The translations under genes and the position numbers were made by a program. Positions 51,574-62,174 of a DNA stretch of 64,000 bases are shown piece by piece. The notes below the pieces were generated by a model, which was not told the DNA's origin, did not search any database, and worked only from the letters and a program-made list of their open reading frames with translations. Source of the DNA: Bacteroidales bacterium (GTDB lineage Bacteria; Bacteroidota; Bacteroidia; Bacteroidales; UBA3663); contig JAZQOK010000028.1 in NCBI GenBank assembly GCA_045627865.1, forward strand, positions 33,653 to 97,652, written 5' to 3'. Position 1 is the first letter of the stretch; each line of letters opens with the position of its first letter.

Positions 51574-53524
51574 GCTCCTCCTCTTCTCTGTCATTGCAGG
51601 AACTGCAACAGCACAAACCGTCAGCAGCCCTGATGGTAAGTTGTCTCTCTCGGTTCAGACCGGCGCAGAGATGACCTACTCTGTCTCGTACAACGGCCAA
51701 ACAGTTCTTAACCCTTCGTCGGTCGGACTTATTGCCAACTATGCTGATCTGGCCAAAGATCTTCGTCTAATCAAAGCAGAGATCGATACCGTGCGTAACA
51801 GCTACGACATGACACGTACCAAGTCGGCTCACAGCGACTATGTTGCGACTCGTCTGCGATGCCAGATGCAGAACCCTGAAGGATGGCCTATCGATGTAGT
51901 ATTCCAACTCTCGAACAATAATATTGCTCTCCGTTACGAAGTCAACAAACGCGAGGGCAAGGAGACCGGCAGCATCCGCGTAATGGAGGAGAAAACCGGT
52001 TTCGCCTTCACTGATGGAACAACTGCATTTGTCTGTCCTCAGAGCGATGCAATGATTGGCTGGAAACGAACCAAGCCAAGCTATGAAGAGGATTACATCT
52101 ACGATGCCCCGCTCACGACACGCAGTCAGTTCGGCCACGGCTGGACCTTCCCTTGCTTGTTCAACGTGCACGACAACCAGAACGCAAACCTCTGGTTGCT
52201 TATCAGCGAAACGGGTGTGGATAGCCGCTATTGCGCTTCCCACCTCTCAGACTTCAGTCAGAACCGCGCTACAATCGCTTTTCCAATGCCAGAAGAGAAC
52301 AACGGCAATGGAACCATCGAGCCCGCCTTCTCTTTGCCAGGTGCCACACCGTGGCGCACATTGACCATTGCCGACAACCTCGCTCCGATTGTTGAGACCA
52401 CCGTTATGTACGATGTTGTCGAGCCTCGTTATGAAACTCGGAATGAATACAAGTTCGGACGTGGTACCTGGAGTTGGATTCTCTGGCAGGACGGCTCTAT
52501 CAACTACGAAGATCAATGCAAATACATCGACCTCGCTTCGGCTATGGGCTATGAATATGTATTGGTTGACAACTGGTGGGATCTGCAGATTGGACGCAAA
52601 GAGAATCCCGTCAATGGGCACAGCATCGAGGATGTCATTCAGTACGCCCATTCCAAAAATGTGGATGTCTTCCTCTGGTATAGCTCAAGCGGCTACTGGA
52701 ACGACATTGTTCAGGGTCCAATCCATCACATGGATAACAGTATCATCCGAAAGCGCGAGATGCGCTGGATGAAAGAGATGGGTGTGAAAGGCATCAAAGT
52801 GGACTTCTTTGGCGGAGACAAACAAGAGACCATGCGTCTGTACGAAGAGATTCTTTCCGATGCCGACGATCATGGCTTGATGGTTATCTTCCATGGCTGC
52901 ACACTGCCACGCGGTTGGGAACGCATGTATCCTAATTATGTCGGCAGCGAAGCTGTGTTAGCCAGCGAAAATATCTATTTCGATCAGCGATTCTGCACCA
53001 ACGAGGCACAGAACACCTGTACACATCCATTCATCCGCAATGCCGTCGGAGCCATGGAATTCGGTGGATGCTTCATGAACCGGTATATGGATCGCTCGAA
53101 CAGCCGTCGTCATCAGCGAATCACAACCAATCTCTTTGAGCTCTGTACTACGGTCCTCTTCCAGAACCCGATCCAGAACTTTGCTCTTGCACCCAACAAT
53201 CTGACCGATGCACCAGCTATCTGTATGGATTACCTACGCGAAGTTCCAACAACCTGGGACGAAACACATCTGTTGGGCGGATATCCTGGCAAATCGGTAG
53301 CAATGGCCCGTCGTCATGGCAACAAGTGGTATATTGCAGCCATCAATGCCGACGAGACTCCTTTTGAGCTTACCATCGAACCTGCACAACTGGGAATTGA
53401 TCCTGCCACTCTCCTGCTCTATTCTGGCGGTGATAACCCGATAATTTCTGCTCCAAAAGTTAAAAAAGGCAAAATTCGACTATCTATTGCTAAACAAGAT
53501 GGCATCCTTCTTGTCACAAAATAA
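51563..53524 (+). CDS. Glycoside hydrolase family 97
   Basis: SPDGKL, SYEE, TPWR, YIDLA, GIKVDFF, FHGCTLPRGWERMYPN..EAV, PTTWDET; start set to ATG 51563. Confidence 0.92.
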   Translation: MRCKLLLFSVIAGTATAQTVSSPDGKLSLSVQTGAEMTYSVSYNGQTVLNPSSVGLIANYADLAKDLRLIKAEIDTVRNSYDMTRTKSAHSDYVATRLRCQMQNPEGWPIDVVFQLSNNNIALRYEVNKREGKETGSIRVMEEKTGFAFTDGTTAFVCPQSDAMIGWKRTKPSYEEDYIYDAPLTTRSQFGHGWTFPCLFNVHDNQNANLWLLISETGVDSRYCASHLSDFSQNRATIAFPMPEENNGNGTIEPAFSLPGATPWRTLTIADNLAPIVETTVMYDVVEPRYETRNEYKFGRGTWSWILWQDGSINYEDQCKYIDLASAMGYEYVLVDNWWDLQIGRKENPVNGHSIEDVIQYAHSKNVDVFLWYSSSGYWNDIVQGPIHHMDNSIIRKREMRWMKEMGVKGIKVDFFGGDKQETMRLYEEILSDADDHGLMVIFHGCTLPRGWERMYPNYVGSEAVLASENIYFDQRFCTNEAQNTCTHPFIRNAVGAMEFGGCFMNRYMDRSNSRRHQRITTNLFELCTTVLFQNPIQNFALAPNNLTDAPAICMDYLREVPTTWDETHLLGGYPGKSVAMARRHGNKWYIAAINADETPFELTIEPAQLGIDPATLLLYSGGDNPIISAPKVKKGKIRLSIAKQDGILLVTK

Positions 53525-53595
53525 AGAACGATACGTTATAGGATTGTTCTTGGAACAAATTTTATAATTGAAAATCGCTATAAAATAAACAAAGT

Positions 53596-54432
53596 ATGAA
53601 GAAAACATTATTCATGATGGCTGCACTCCTGATGAGTGCCATCACATTCGAGGCAAAAGCCGACCTCTTGAATATCGGTGGTGTTAGAACCAAAATTTAC
53701 TCTTTCTCGAACAAGAGTTTCGATGGTGCAGAGCAGGAGCAACGTGCCATGCAGGAGATCAGCGAGATTGTCAACAACGGTCCGCTCAACATTGTATATG
53801 TAGAGAGTTCTGAAAGCAAAGTGATCATTCAGGGCGACAAAGATCTCTTCTGCCGTGTTCAGACCCAGTACAAGAATGGTGCGGTCAACGTATCTCTCGA
53901 AGCTGGCACCTATCGCAATCTTTGGCTGCAGGTAGTCGTTTATGCCCCAAAACTGAAAGGAATCAAGTGTACCGGCTCTGGTGATGTAATTGCCGCAAAG
54001 GTAAATTGTACCAACGACGAAATGAATGTCAAGGTGACCGGAAGTGCAAGTGTCAAGATCGAGGAACTGATCTGCGAAGACGATCTGGACCTCCACATTA
54101 CCGGTTCGGGTGATATCCGCGCAAACAAGATCTCTTGCAAACGTCTCGATGGCAACGTCACAGGTTCGGGTGATATCATGGCCAAGAATACAGTATGCAA
54201 CAAGCTCGAAGCAACCGTAAGCGGTTCTGGTGGTGCTAAGTTCGATTATATCAGCAGCAAGGAGGCATCATTGAGCGTCACCGGTTCTGGAGACATTCGT
54301 CTCATCGATGGCGAGCTTCAGGACATCAAGGCACGCGTTACCGGATCGGGTCAGATTATGGGCACTGTCAAGTACCATTCTATCGATCAACGAGTAACCG
54401 GTTCCGGTTCCATCCGCATCAATCAGAAATAA
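53596..54432 (+). CDS. DUF2807/GIN-domain beta-helical repeat protein
   Basis: Signal peptide; many (V/I)TGSG(D/S)I repeats. Confidence 0.85.
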   Translation: MKKTLFMMAALLMSAITFEAKADLLNIGGVRTKIYSFSNKSFDGAEQEQRAMQEISEIVNNGPLNIVYVESSESKVIIQGDKDLFCRVQTQYKNGAVNVSLEAGTYRNLWLQVVVYAPKLKGIKCTGSGDVIAAKVNCTNDEMNVKVTGSASVKIEELICEDDLDLHITGSGDIRANKISCKRLDGNVTGSGDIMAKNTVCNKLEATVSGSGGAKFDYISSKEASLSVTGSGDIRLIDGELQDIKARVTGSGQIMGTVKYHSIDQRVTGSGSIRINQK

Positions 54433-54640
54433 AATTCGTTTAGTATAGAAATCAAACACTATGCAATCTGGCTATTTTGTTGACTATTATTAAAAAAAAT
54501 ATCAACAAATGGGTCAGATTGTTATTTTTTTTTGTATCTTTGCTTCCGATTTGGATTGGGATGTAAGTTGAAAAGACTACACGTTTAAATCATTTGAAAG
54601 AAATTTCACTCAACAACTAATTAATCAAACAACAAACAAC

Positions 54641-56356
54641 ATGAAGAAATTTTTACTTCTTGTGTCTGTCGCAATGACAGCATTCTGCTCTATGTCAGCA
54701 CAAGACATTAGTCTTGTTAATGGAGGAAGCGTCGAAAAAGTTTCTGAAGATGGCCGTTATGCCGTTTTCACCAACGAAGGTACCCTCTATCTTCTCGACC
54801 TGAAGGCTACCGATGAGGACAAAAAGATTACCATCTTCGAAGCAAACGATGAGACCGGCATCCATTACAACATTGGTTTCGGACACATCTTTTCGGACGA
54901 CAACACCATGGTTGGTCAGACTACCGACAATACTCCAGCCATCCTTAAGAATGGCGAGTGGACTCTCCTTCCTGTAAAGGAGTCTGATTTGGAACCTGGC
55001 AAAATCAACAGTGCAGATGCTATCACTCCTGATGGAAGCCGTATTTGTGGTGGCATTGCTATGGATGCATTCTCAATGGATGCCAAAGAGCCAATGCTCG
55101 TTCCTGTAGTTTGGGACAAACAGGCTGATGGCACCTATGGCCAGTACACTGTTCTGCCTTATCCAAAGGCAGACTTCACCGGCGCAGTTCCTCAGTATGT
55201 TACCGCTCGTGATATGAGTGCCGATGGCAAGACCATCATCGGTCAGATTACCGACAACTCTGGTTTCTGCGTTTATCCAATCGTCTATCATCAGGATGCC
55301 GAAGGCAAATGGAGCTATGAGCTGATCCTTGCGGATAAGGTCTATGATCCAAATGGAGTGTTCGCACCATATCCTACCTATGAGCCTCAGATGCCTAATG
55401 CAGAGGATTATATGGACGAAGCAGGCATGACTGCATACGAGACAGCATCTCAGGCTTATATGGATTCTTTGATGGCTGCATATGAAACCGGAGAATGGCC
55501 ATCATACTATCCTAACCCTTCAGACTTCTTGAGTGGCGAGAACATGACTATCTACGATTCTCTCTTTAACAAATATCAGGTCGAGGACCAGGCTTATCAG
55601 GATTCTCTTAATGCCTATTTTGACAGTTATCAAGCCAATACCACCGGAGCCTCTTTCGAGTTTAACATCGCTTACCTCTCGGCCGATGGCAAATATGCTG
55701 CAATGACCTATGTTCAGCCAGGCGAATCTTTCTGGGATCCTGACCAGAATTTTGTATACCGTTACAATATTGAGACCGACGCTCTCGAGATGTGTGAGCA
55801 GGAGGGCTCTGCATCTGGCATCATGTCCGATGGCACTGTATTGTTTCATTCTTCATACAATGGAAGCATGTGGCAGCGTACCGCTCACGTAATGAACATC
55901 GGAAGTACAGAGGCGGCTCCATTAGAGGACTACATCGCAACCAAGAGCGCTAAGGCAGCTGATTTGTACAAAAAGAGTCTGACTGTCGAGATTATCGCGT
56001 TTGACCAGGAGACCTGGGAGCCACTTGAGGAGCCAGCAGACAAACTGGTACTGGGTGGTACTACCTCATGCAACCGTGATGGTTCTATCATCTGCGGCTG
56101 GACTTACAACGAAGGCAATGTAAATGCTGATTGGTATATTCTTGGTTATATCATCGACCTCACTTCGTTCGATGATTACACAAGCATCAAGACTCTTGCA
56201 GCCAACAACAAGATTACCTCAATGGTTGTTACAGACCTCAACGGTGCGGTTGTAAACACCACTGGCAGCATCAAGGACTTGAACAAGGGTACTTATCTCG
56301 TTACTACCAAGACCGCTGACGGCCAGACCAAGACCATCAAGGTTTGCAAGAAGTAA
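54641..56356 (+). CDS. Secreted beta-propeller-like protein with T9SS-type C-terminus
   Basis: Signal peptide; repeated S.DG blades (VSEDGRY, ITPDGS, MSADGK, LSADGKY, NRDGS); tail TDLNG...KGTYLV...TIKVCKK; promoter at 54535-54542. Confidence 0.75.
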   Translation: MKKFLLLVSVAMTAFCSMSAQDISLVNGGSVEKVSEDGRYAVFTNEGTLYLLDLKATDEDKKITIFEANDETGIHYNIGFGHIFSDDNTMVGQTTDNTPAILKNGEWTLLPVKESDLEPGKINSADAITPDGSRICGGIAMDAFSMDAKEPMLVPVVWDKQADGTYGQYTVLPYPKADFTGAVPQYVTARDMSADGKTIIGQITDNSGFCVYPIVYHQDAEGKWSYELILADKVYDPNGVFAPYPTYEPQMPNAEDYMDEAGMTAYETASQAYMDSLMAAYETGEWPSYYPNPSDFLSGENMTIYDSLFNKYQVEDQAYQDSLNAYFDSYQANTTGASFEFNIAYLSADGKYAAMTYVQPGESFWDPDQNFVYRYNIETDALEMCEQEGSASGIMSDGTVLFHSSYNGSMWQRTAHVMNIGSTEAAPLEDYIATKSAKAADLYKKSLTVEIIAFDQETWEPLEEPADKLVLGGTTSCNRDGSIICGWTYNEGNVNADWYILGYIIDLTSFDDYTSIKTLAANNKITSMVVTDLNGAVVNTTGSIKDLNKGTYLVTTKTADGQTKTIKVCKK

Positions 56357-56390
56357 TCGTTGCTCTGCGACGTTAACCATACAAAAAAAT

Positions 56391-56421
56391 GACCGGCTCT
56401 CTTTCCAGAGGGTCGGTTTTT
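56391..56421 (+). terminator. Intrinsic terminator
   Basis: ACCGGCTCT...AGGGTCGGT-TTTT downstream of the 54641-56356 gene. Confidence 0.7.
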
Positions 56422-56442
56422 CATTATCTGCATAGAGGGTGT

Positions 56443-56729
56443 TCGAATCTAAAACTTCGGAAGCAGCGCAACACGAGTTTTGCTCGAATCTAAAACTTCG
56501 GAAGCAACGAAACAAGAGTTTTGCTCGAATCCAAAACTTCGGAAGCAACGCAACAAGAGTTTTGCTCGAATCTAAAACTTCGGAAGCAACGCAACAAGAG
56601 TTTTGCTCGAATCCAAAACTTCGGAAGCAACGAAACAAGAGTTTTGCTCGAATCCAAAACTTCGGAAGCAACGAAACGCGAGTTTTGCTCGTTCCGAAAT
56701 TTTCGGAGGCAGCAAAACTCGCGTTTTTT
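56443..56729. repeat. 41-bp tandem repeat array (6 copies plus 1 degenerate)
   Basis: Unit TCGAATC(T/C)AAAACTTCGGAAGCAACG(C/A)AACAAGAGTTTTGC starts at 56443, 56484, 56525, 56566, 56607, 56648 and (degenerate) 56689; no spacers. Confidence 0.95.
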
Positions 56730-56748
56730 ATGAGATTAAAGGAAGTGA

Positions 56749-59064
56749 TTACTTAATAATCATCTTGCGGCCCTTGCGGATGTAAAGACTACCCTTGACA
56801 GGAGTCAGAACCTGATGGCCGAACAGATCATACGAAGCACGATCGACAGTATCAGAAGCAATTTGTTCAATACCAGATTCCACAGCAGAGAAGGTTACAG
56901 CAATCTTCACATTAGCCTTAATCAAATCGATAGTATAAGTGTTATCAACGACATCCGCTGTTACATCTTTACTATTTACCGTTACCTTCGCTAATTTATA
57001 GCCTTCATTTGGAGTGACAGTCAAGACAACCGAACTGCCATACTGAGGTTTGGTATTACTTACATTAGCTGTACCACCGTTACCTGTAGATAAGGTAACA
57101 GAGTAGGTATTGATCGTAAAGCTACCATTAACCTCCAAATCATGAGCAGGCATTACGCTTGCGCTCCAACCGGAGAAGGTATAACCCTCCTTGGTAGGAT
57201 TAGCAATTGATAGGGCTGTTCCAGACAAGACACTATCTGTAGCATAGACTTCGCCATCCACCTTGTATGTTACTTTGTAATACTGCTGGCGGAATTCTGT
57301 ACCATCAGCAGTCAAGACCGGTACACGCTTAGCGTTGGCAATGTAGCCATTATTGTCAATAACAAGCACATTGGCGAAAATCTTGTTATACTGGAGAGCA
57401 TTTACCAAAGTGGCTTTAGTTGGCATTGTAAGGGTATATTCCGAAGCTGCTGTATTGCCTGCCACCTGCTGATCGGCAGTAAAGGCTGGCACCGTGCTCT
57501 TTCCACTCACATAACTGCTTGCAATCATTACATCGTTAAATGTCAGTAAGACTGATGACTGGCCATACTTGCCACCCTTGCAGAAATAAGAGAGTTCAGG
57601 CATGTCGTCCAAGACACCGGCAGAAGCAGTTGTTGCAGAATAAAAATAATTAGACTGCTTCCATGCAGTTGTGGTACCACGCAGACTATCAGCAGTAAGA
57701 ACGAATGCTATAGTATAGCCATTTACATTGGTGAGGAACTCCGTGTTCGACTTAACCGTCACATTCAGGTCATTATCGATAATAGCCTCAGCTGCTGTAA
57801 TGTCAACCAAAGGGGTTGAAGTATTATAAGCATCAAGGCAGTTTAGAATACCCTCCTGGCCCTCACCGAAATATGGATCTGGGAAAGTCTTACGATCAAC
57901 GCAGCACTGTGGAGCGCCATCAAACGGAAGGGATGCGTATGCAGACGCATACATTGGGTCACTGGAATTATATTTGTGCCATGCAATGACCAAAGCATTA
58001 TCAGCACGTTTCTCCTTCACGGCCTCCATGCCGACCCAACCACGTGGACAGTAACCACATCCAGTACCCGTATATTCCTCGATAACACTAACGCGTGGTA
58101 CAATGTGAGTTAAAGTTATGAAAGCAAACTCCGAAGCAGCATTGCCGGCTTCATTCTCAACACCATTAACGGTATTGATGGCAATCGTGGCAGAGAAAGA
58201 ACCAATGGTATTAGGTGCATCAAACTCAATCGAAGCATAGCCAGACTTCAACAGACCTGCAGGAATAGGAGTCTCCATCGTACATGTGCCTGTGGTCTCT
58301 ACTCCATTTACATTCATAGTATAGCCGAAGTTCTTAATCTCATTCTTGCTATCAGAACCGAGCGAAACCAAAACGGTTGCCTTACCGCCCATAGCACAAG
58401 CGTCGGCATACAGGCCATTAATCACAAGAGAGTTCTCAGGCAAAACCATACCATCCACAAATATCTGGAGAGCAGAAACACCAAACTGAGAAGAATAATC
58501 GTCGAAAGCAGCAGTTGCCGAAGTAGCCAGATAAAGGCCTCCAGTGCTCATATTCGTTTGGGTAGTAGCAATAGGATATTGGTCATCCTGTGTAGTTGCA
58601 GTACTAACAGTAAAGGTATAGCCGACATAAAGGCCCTGAGCTGGAATAGTAACAGGAGTATCAAGTTCCACCTTGTTGTAGCCTACAGCAACACTGGCAA
58701 CACTCTTTGAGAATGCTTCTGAAGAACCCAAAGAAGAACCACCCCAAACAGATACTGCAGAAGACTTAGCAGAAATGATTGGCAAATTCACGGCAGTGAT
58801 CTTGGCTCCTTGCAAAACGCCATTACCTGGAACAAAGATTGCAACACGGAAAGTTCCTTTTGATCCAGTACCCAAACCATAGATATCGTTACCGAAATCA
58901 CCTAAATAATACCCCCAAAGGTCTTCAGTTTCGGCAACAGCAGCAGGTGCCTTTGCTACATTGTCCTTGAGCATCAGATTGCGGTTCATTTTGAACTCGC
59001 TCTGAGCCATAGCTGCCAATGACATCATTGCAGTCACGGCAAGAATAAAAAATCTCTTCATCAA
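56749..59064 (-). CDS. Omp28-related thioredoxin-fold secreted protein with InlB-B/Ig-like repeats and T9SS-type C-terminus
   Basis: Signal peptide; IEEYTGTGCGYCPRG; PTKEGYTFSGW; tail SYDLFGH...LYIRKGRKMIIK. Confidence 0.85.
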   Translation of the reverse strand: MMKRFFILAVTAMMSLAAMAQSEFKMNRNLMLKDNVAKAPAAVAETEDLWGYYLGDFGNDIYGLGTGSKGTFRVAIFVPGNGVLQGAKITAVNLPIISAKSSAVSVWGGSSLGSSEAFSKSVASVAVGYNKVELDTPVTIPAQGLYVGYTFTVSTATTQDDQYPIATTQTNMSTGGLYLATSATAAFDDYSSQFGVSALQIFVDGMVLPENSLVINGLYADACAMGGKATVLVSLGSDSKNEIKNFGYTMNVNGVETTGTCTMETPIPAGLLKSGYASIEFDAPNTIGSFSATIAINTVNGVENEAGNAASEFAFITLTHIVPRVSVIEEYTGTGCGYCPRGWVGMEAVKEKRADNALVIAWHKYNSSDPMYASAYASLPFDGAPQCCVDRKTFPDPYFGEGQEGILNCLDAYNTSTPLVDITAAEAIIDNDLNVTVKSNTEFLTNVNGYTIAFVLTADSLRGTTTAWKQSNYFYSATTASAGVLDDMPELSYFCKGGKYGQSSVLLTFNDVMIASSYVSGKSTVPAFTADQQVAGNTAASEYTLTMPTKATLVNALQYNKIFANVLVIDNNGYIANAKRVPVLTADGTEFRQQYYKVTYKVDGEVYATDSVLSGTALSIANPTKEGYTFSGWSASVMPAHDLEVNGSFTINTYSVTLSTGNGGTANVSNTKPQYGSSVVLTVTPNEGYKLAKVTVNSKDVTADVVDNTYTIDLIKANVKIAVTFSAVESGIEQIASDTVDRASYDLFGHQVLTPVKGSLYIRKGRKMIIK

Positions 59065-59093
59065 ATAGAATATTAATTAATAAACAGAATGAT

Positions 59094-59699
59094 TTACTTT
59101 ACAACAACCTTGCGAACAGAGCCATCACTCATCATCTGAAGAAGAATACCCTTCTGACCAGCAACAGCCTTCTGACCGAGCATTGTATAGGCTGATTCCA
59201 CCTTAACAGCATTGAGTACAGACTTCAGTTTAGTCGGATTGTTTGAATAAATGACTGTTACCTTGTCTCCTGCCACACCATTGGCATAGATGGTAAATTC
59301 AATAACGCACTCGGCCTGTGAAGGAGCGTCCTTCTCAAAATCATAGCAAGACCATTCGGTAGCAGCAGACTTGGTCTCACCTGCAGCAACACTAACAGTT
59401 CCTGTTTCGTTGATGCCAGTTTGCTCATACATGAAACAATTGCCAGCAAAGCACTGCTGAACCTGAGTATTGGCTGGCAAAGTCATGACATTGACTCCCA
59501 ACTTGACCGATACAGCCTCTGCGCCCTTATTCTTAACCGAAGGAGATGGGAAAACAACCTCACCATCCTCTGGTATACCTACAATAGTCATGGTCTCGCC
59601 ATTGGCATATTCCTTACCAGCAGGATCAACCATTACCACTTGGGCAAAAGTACTTGCAGCCATCAAAGCTGCTACAAAAAGTGTAAAAGTTTTCTTCAT
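59094..59699 (-). CDS. Small secreted beta-rich (Ig-like) protein with CxxGxC motif and T9SS-type C-terminus
   Basis: Signal peptide; QQCFAGNCF; tail AYTMLGQK...GSVRKVVVK. Confidence 0.75.
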   Translation of the reverse strand: MKKTFTLFVAALMAASTFAQVVMVDPAGKEYANGETMTIVGIPEDGEVVFPSPSVKNKGAEAVSVKLGVNVMTLPANTQVQQCFAGNCFMYEQTGINETGTVSVAAGETKSAATEWSCYDFEKDAPSQAECVIEFTIYANGVAGDKVTVIYSNNPTKLKSVLNAVKVESAYTMLGQKAVAGQKGILLQMMSDGSVRKVVVK

Positions 59700-59723
59700 A
59701 TAATATTATTAAGTTGTTTTCGC

Positions 59724-60527
59724 TTAGTTGTTGATTACCACATTCGTCTGCTCAGCCTGTAAAACGCCACTCTCATCATAGACGAATACAATGGCATGCA
59801 TATCGGCAGGTTTCCAGTAATCCTGGGCATCGATGCTCCAAGTGAGAAGACTCTCTGTTTTGCCAAAATTGATATCCTCACCCCACAGACCATTCATGGT
59901 AGAACGGAACACATGATTGTGAACATATTCCCTATTTGTCTTGTTGTCTGGCATCTGCTGTCTGGCAACAATATTATCCTCAGTCAACCATACCTGCACC
60001 TTGGCACTCTTTCCATCGGTAGCAGAAAGAGTGGCTGCTACAGTAATCTTGCACGAGACACTATCGTATTTGGCGTCCAACGCGATATTCACATCGGTTG
60101 TCAGCTGTATAGCCGAAGCGACAACCATTGGCCAATTGGTATAATCGTTGGTAGCCTCACCTCGATTGATCATTGCGACCGGCTGACCCTGGCTGTTTGA
60201 GAACCAATGATTCCAGTATTCTTTTCCATCGTCGGTCATCAAACCAGTCGCCGGATTGGTATTGGCAATGCCAAATGGACCACAATGGATGGCGACCGGG
60301 ATAACATTATCGCCATAAGCCTCTGGTTCCTGCATTTTGTGGATGACCTCAGTTGCCAATGGACAGTTAATACATTTCTGTCCGGTAAAATCCTCGATCA
60401 GAACCTTACGACTTGCCTCTACGGGTGCCACATAAACCAAACGTTCCTCCTCCGATATTTCAGAGCAGGCGACTGCAGCAAGTAACAATGGGACAAACCA
60501 GAAATTAAAAAATCTATTCTTCATCAT
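59724..60527 (-). CDS. Omp28 family outer-membrane lipoprotein (thioredoxin fold)
   Basis: Lipobox AVAC followed by acidic SEISEEE; LIEDFTGQKCINCP; YVHNHVFR. Confidence 0.88.
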   Translation of the reverse strand: MMKNRFFNFWFVPLLLAAVACSEISEEERLVYVAPVEASRKVLIEDFTGQKCINCPLATEVIHKMQEPEAYGDNVIPVAIHCGPFGIANTNPATGLMTDDGKEYWNHWFSNSQGQPVAMINRGEATNDYTNWPMVVASAIQLTTDVNIALDAKYDSVSCKITVAATLSATDGKSAKVQVWLTEDNIVARQQMPDNKTNREYVHNHVFRSTMNGLWGEDINFGKTESLLTWSIDAQDYWKPADMHAIVFVYDESGVLQAEQTNVVINN

Positions 60528-62174
60528 TTAGAAACTGTAGTTATAGTTGATGGTCAATCCCTTCGAAGCAGGTACATAACGGCAAACGCCACCCGTACAG
60601 TTGTATCCGGCACGTGTACGTCCGAAACTCAACATGACACGATGGGCATCGTAGTTATAGGTAGCTGCAACGTTATAGTAATGGGTCAAATCTCCATACT
60701 CACCTGGTGTGGGTTCTGTATGACCAATCTGATCGCTTACCGACACCATAAAATGTGGAGCCATCGAAAGTTCCAACAATCCGAAATACCAGTCACCGCT
60801 CTCATGCTCGGTGGTCAGATACTGCAACTCTCCACGCAATGAATACTTACGGTTGAATTTGTATTTACCCTCAGTAATAAAGATATTGCTATAGATGTTG
60901 CCGCCCTCGTTCTGAATGACACCCTTGTTATACTGCTGGTACATGTAGAGGAAATGCATCTCGTAGCTCTTGCTGAAACGGGCATCATATTGCAGGTTGA
61001 AATCCTGGTAGAAGATGTCGCCCGTCTTGAAGAAGTCATTTTCGACACCATCACTACCACGCTCGCCCTTGCTGAGATTGTTCTCTAGCCCCTTCACCAA
61101 CGAGTAGTTGAGTTTCAACTTATGCTTGCGGTTGAAGGTGTAACCCACCTGACCCTGATAGGCCCACTCGCCCTCCATCTGGGTTGCGTATGGGTAAAGA
61201 GCAGCCAAGGCATAGGTATGGTCAAGCGTGAAGGCTGGCAAATGGTTGATATAACCTGCCGAACACAATGGACTTGAAGTACGAACCGAACGGAACGACA
61301 TATTCTCCGAACGCTTGGCCTGCGCCAGCAACGAAAGACCACCCTGTGTATAGGTCATCGAAAGCATCGAGACTGTTCCCTTACCGTAGTTGTAGTTGTT
61401 GAGCGAGTTCGGATCCTGACTCTTCTGTGCATATTCGGCCAAAAGCGAGAGCCCCTCGAACTGATATTGCAGACGCATATCGAAAGCATTCACGAACTCC
61501 GGTACCTTCAGGCGGTAGTTGATCATATCGGCTGCGATGTCGGTGTCTGCCTTTTCGTACTTGTTTACCCACGAAGCACCAAGACTCAGGTAATGGCCCT
61601 TCTCAGACATGGCATCGCACCAGTCATTGATCGAGAGATCCAGATCAGCACCCGAAACGACAGACTCCTTGTCCCACGACCAATAGCGACGCTGCAGACC
61701 ACTCAAGGCCTTGATCGAGACACCCTTCAGCGGCTGAATAGCCAGACGGGCACCCAACAGGGAATTGTCGACGCCCAATGAACGCTGTTCGTAGGTACGG
61801 AGAATGAAACCCGAACCGAACTGCTCATAGAAAGTGCCGAGAGTCAGGTTGACCTTACCCAAACGACCCTTGACCCAGAAGTTTGGCAGGCCCCAGCCCT
61901 TGAACTTGTTGTAAGGATCGTTGAAGCCAGGCATTGGCCATTGGGTCAATTCAAAGCGGGCTCCGAAATCAAGGTGCTCGCTCTGTCCGAGGAACTCTGC
62001 ATAAGTGTTGGTGAGGAACGACTTGTTGTCGTATGAGTCGGCATAAGCGCCGATGGCCTCATCCACCTGCGGAGCAACCATCATATCGCTCTGCACAGAG
62101 CCTGAGATGTTGATCTCAGCCAAGGCTGTGGCAGCAAAGGCCGACAAAGCAGCCAGTGTAATGCTCTTCCTCAT
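60528..62174 (-). CDS. DUF6029-type outer-membrane beta-barrel with C-terminal CxxGxC
   Basis: Signal peptide from ATG 62174; YEQFGSG..LR.YE.R.LG.DN; amphipathic strands; GYNCTGGVCRYVP; terminal YNYSF. Confidence 0.8.
   Translation of the reverse strand: MRKSITLAALSAFAATALAEINISGSVQSDMMVAPQVDEAIGAYADSYDNKSFLTNTYAEFLGQSEHLDFGARFELTQWPMPGFNDPYNKFKGWGLPNFWVKGRLGKVNLTLGTFYEQFGSGFILRTYEQRSLGVDNSLLGARLAIQPLKGVSIKALSGLQRRYWSWDKESVVSGADLDLSINDWCDAMSEKGHYLSLGASWVNKYEKADTDIAADMINYRLKVPEFVNAFDMRLQYQFEGLSLLAEYAQKSQDPNSLNNYNYGKGTVSMLSMTYTQGGLSLLAQAKRSENMSFRSVRTSSPLCSAGYINHLPAFTLDHTYALAALYPYATQMEGEWAYQGQVGYTFNRKHKLKLNYSLVKGLENNLSKGERGSDGVENDFFKTGDIFYQDFNLQYDARFSKSYEMHFLYMYQQYNKGVIQNEGGNIYSNIFITEGKYKFNRKYSLRGELQYLTTEHESGDWYFGLLELSMAPHFMVSVSDQIGHTEPTPGEYGDLTHYYNVAATYNYDAHRVMLSFGRTRAGYNCTGGVCRYVPASKGLTINYNYSF

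Noticed and set aside
56443..56729. Possible CRISPR array
   Set aside because: Units abut directly with no unique spacers and there are no cas genes in the window; the three overlapping ORFs here are by-products of the repeat
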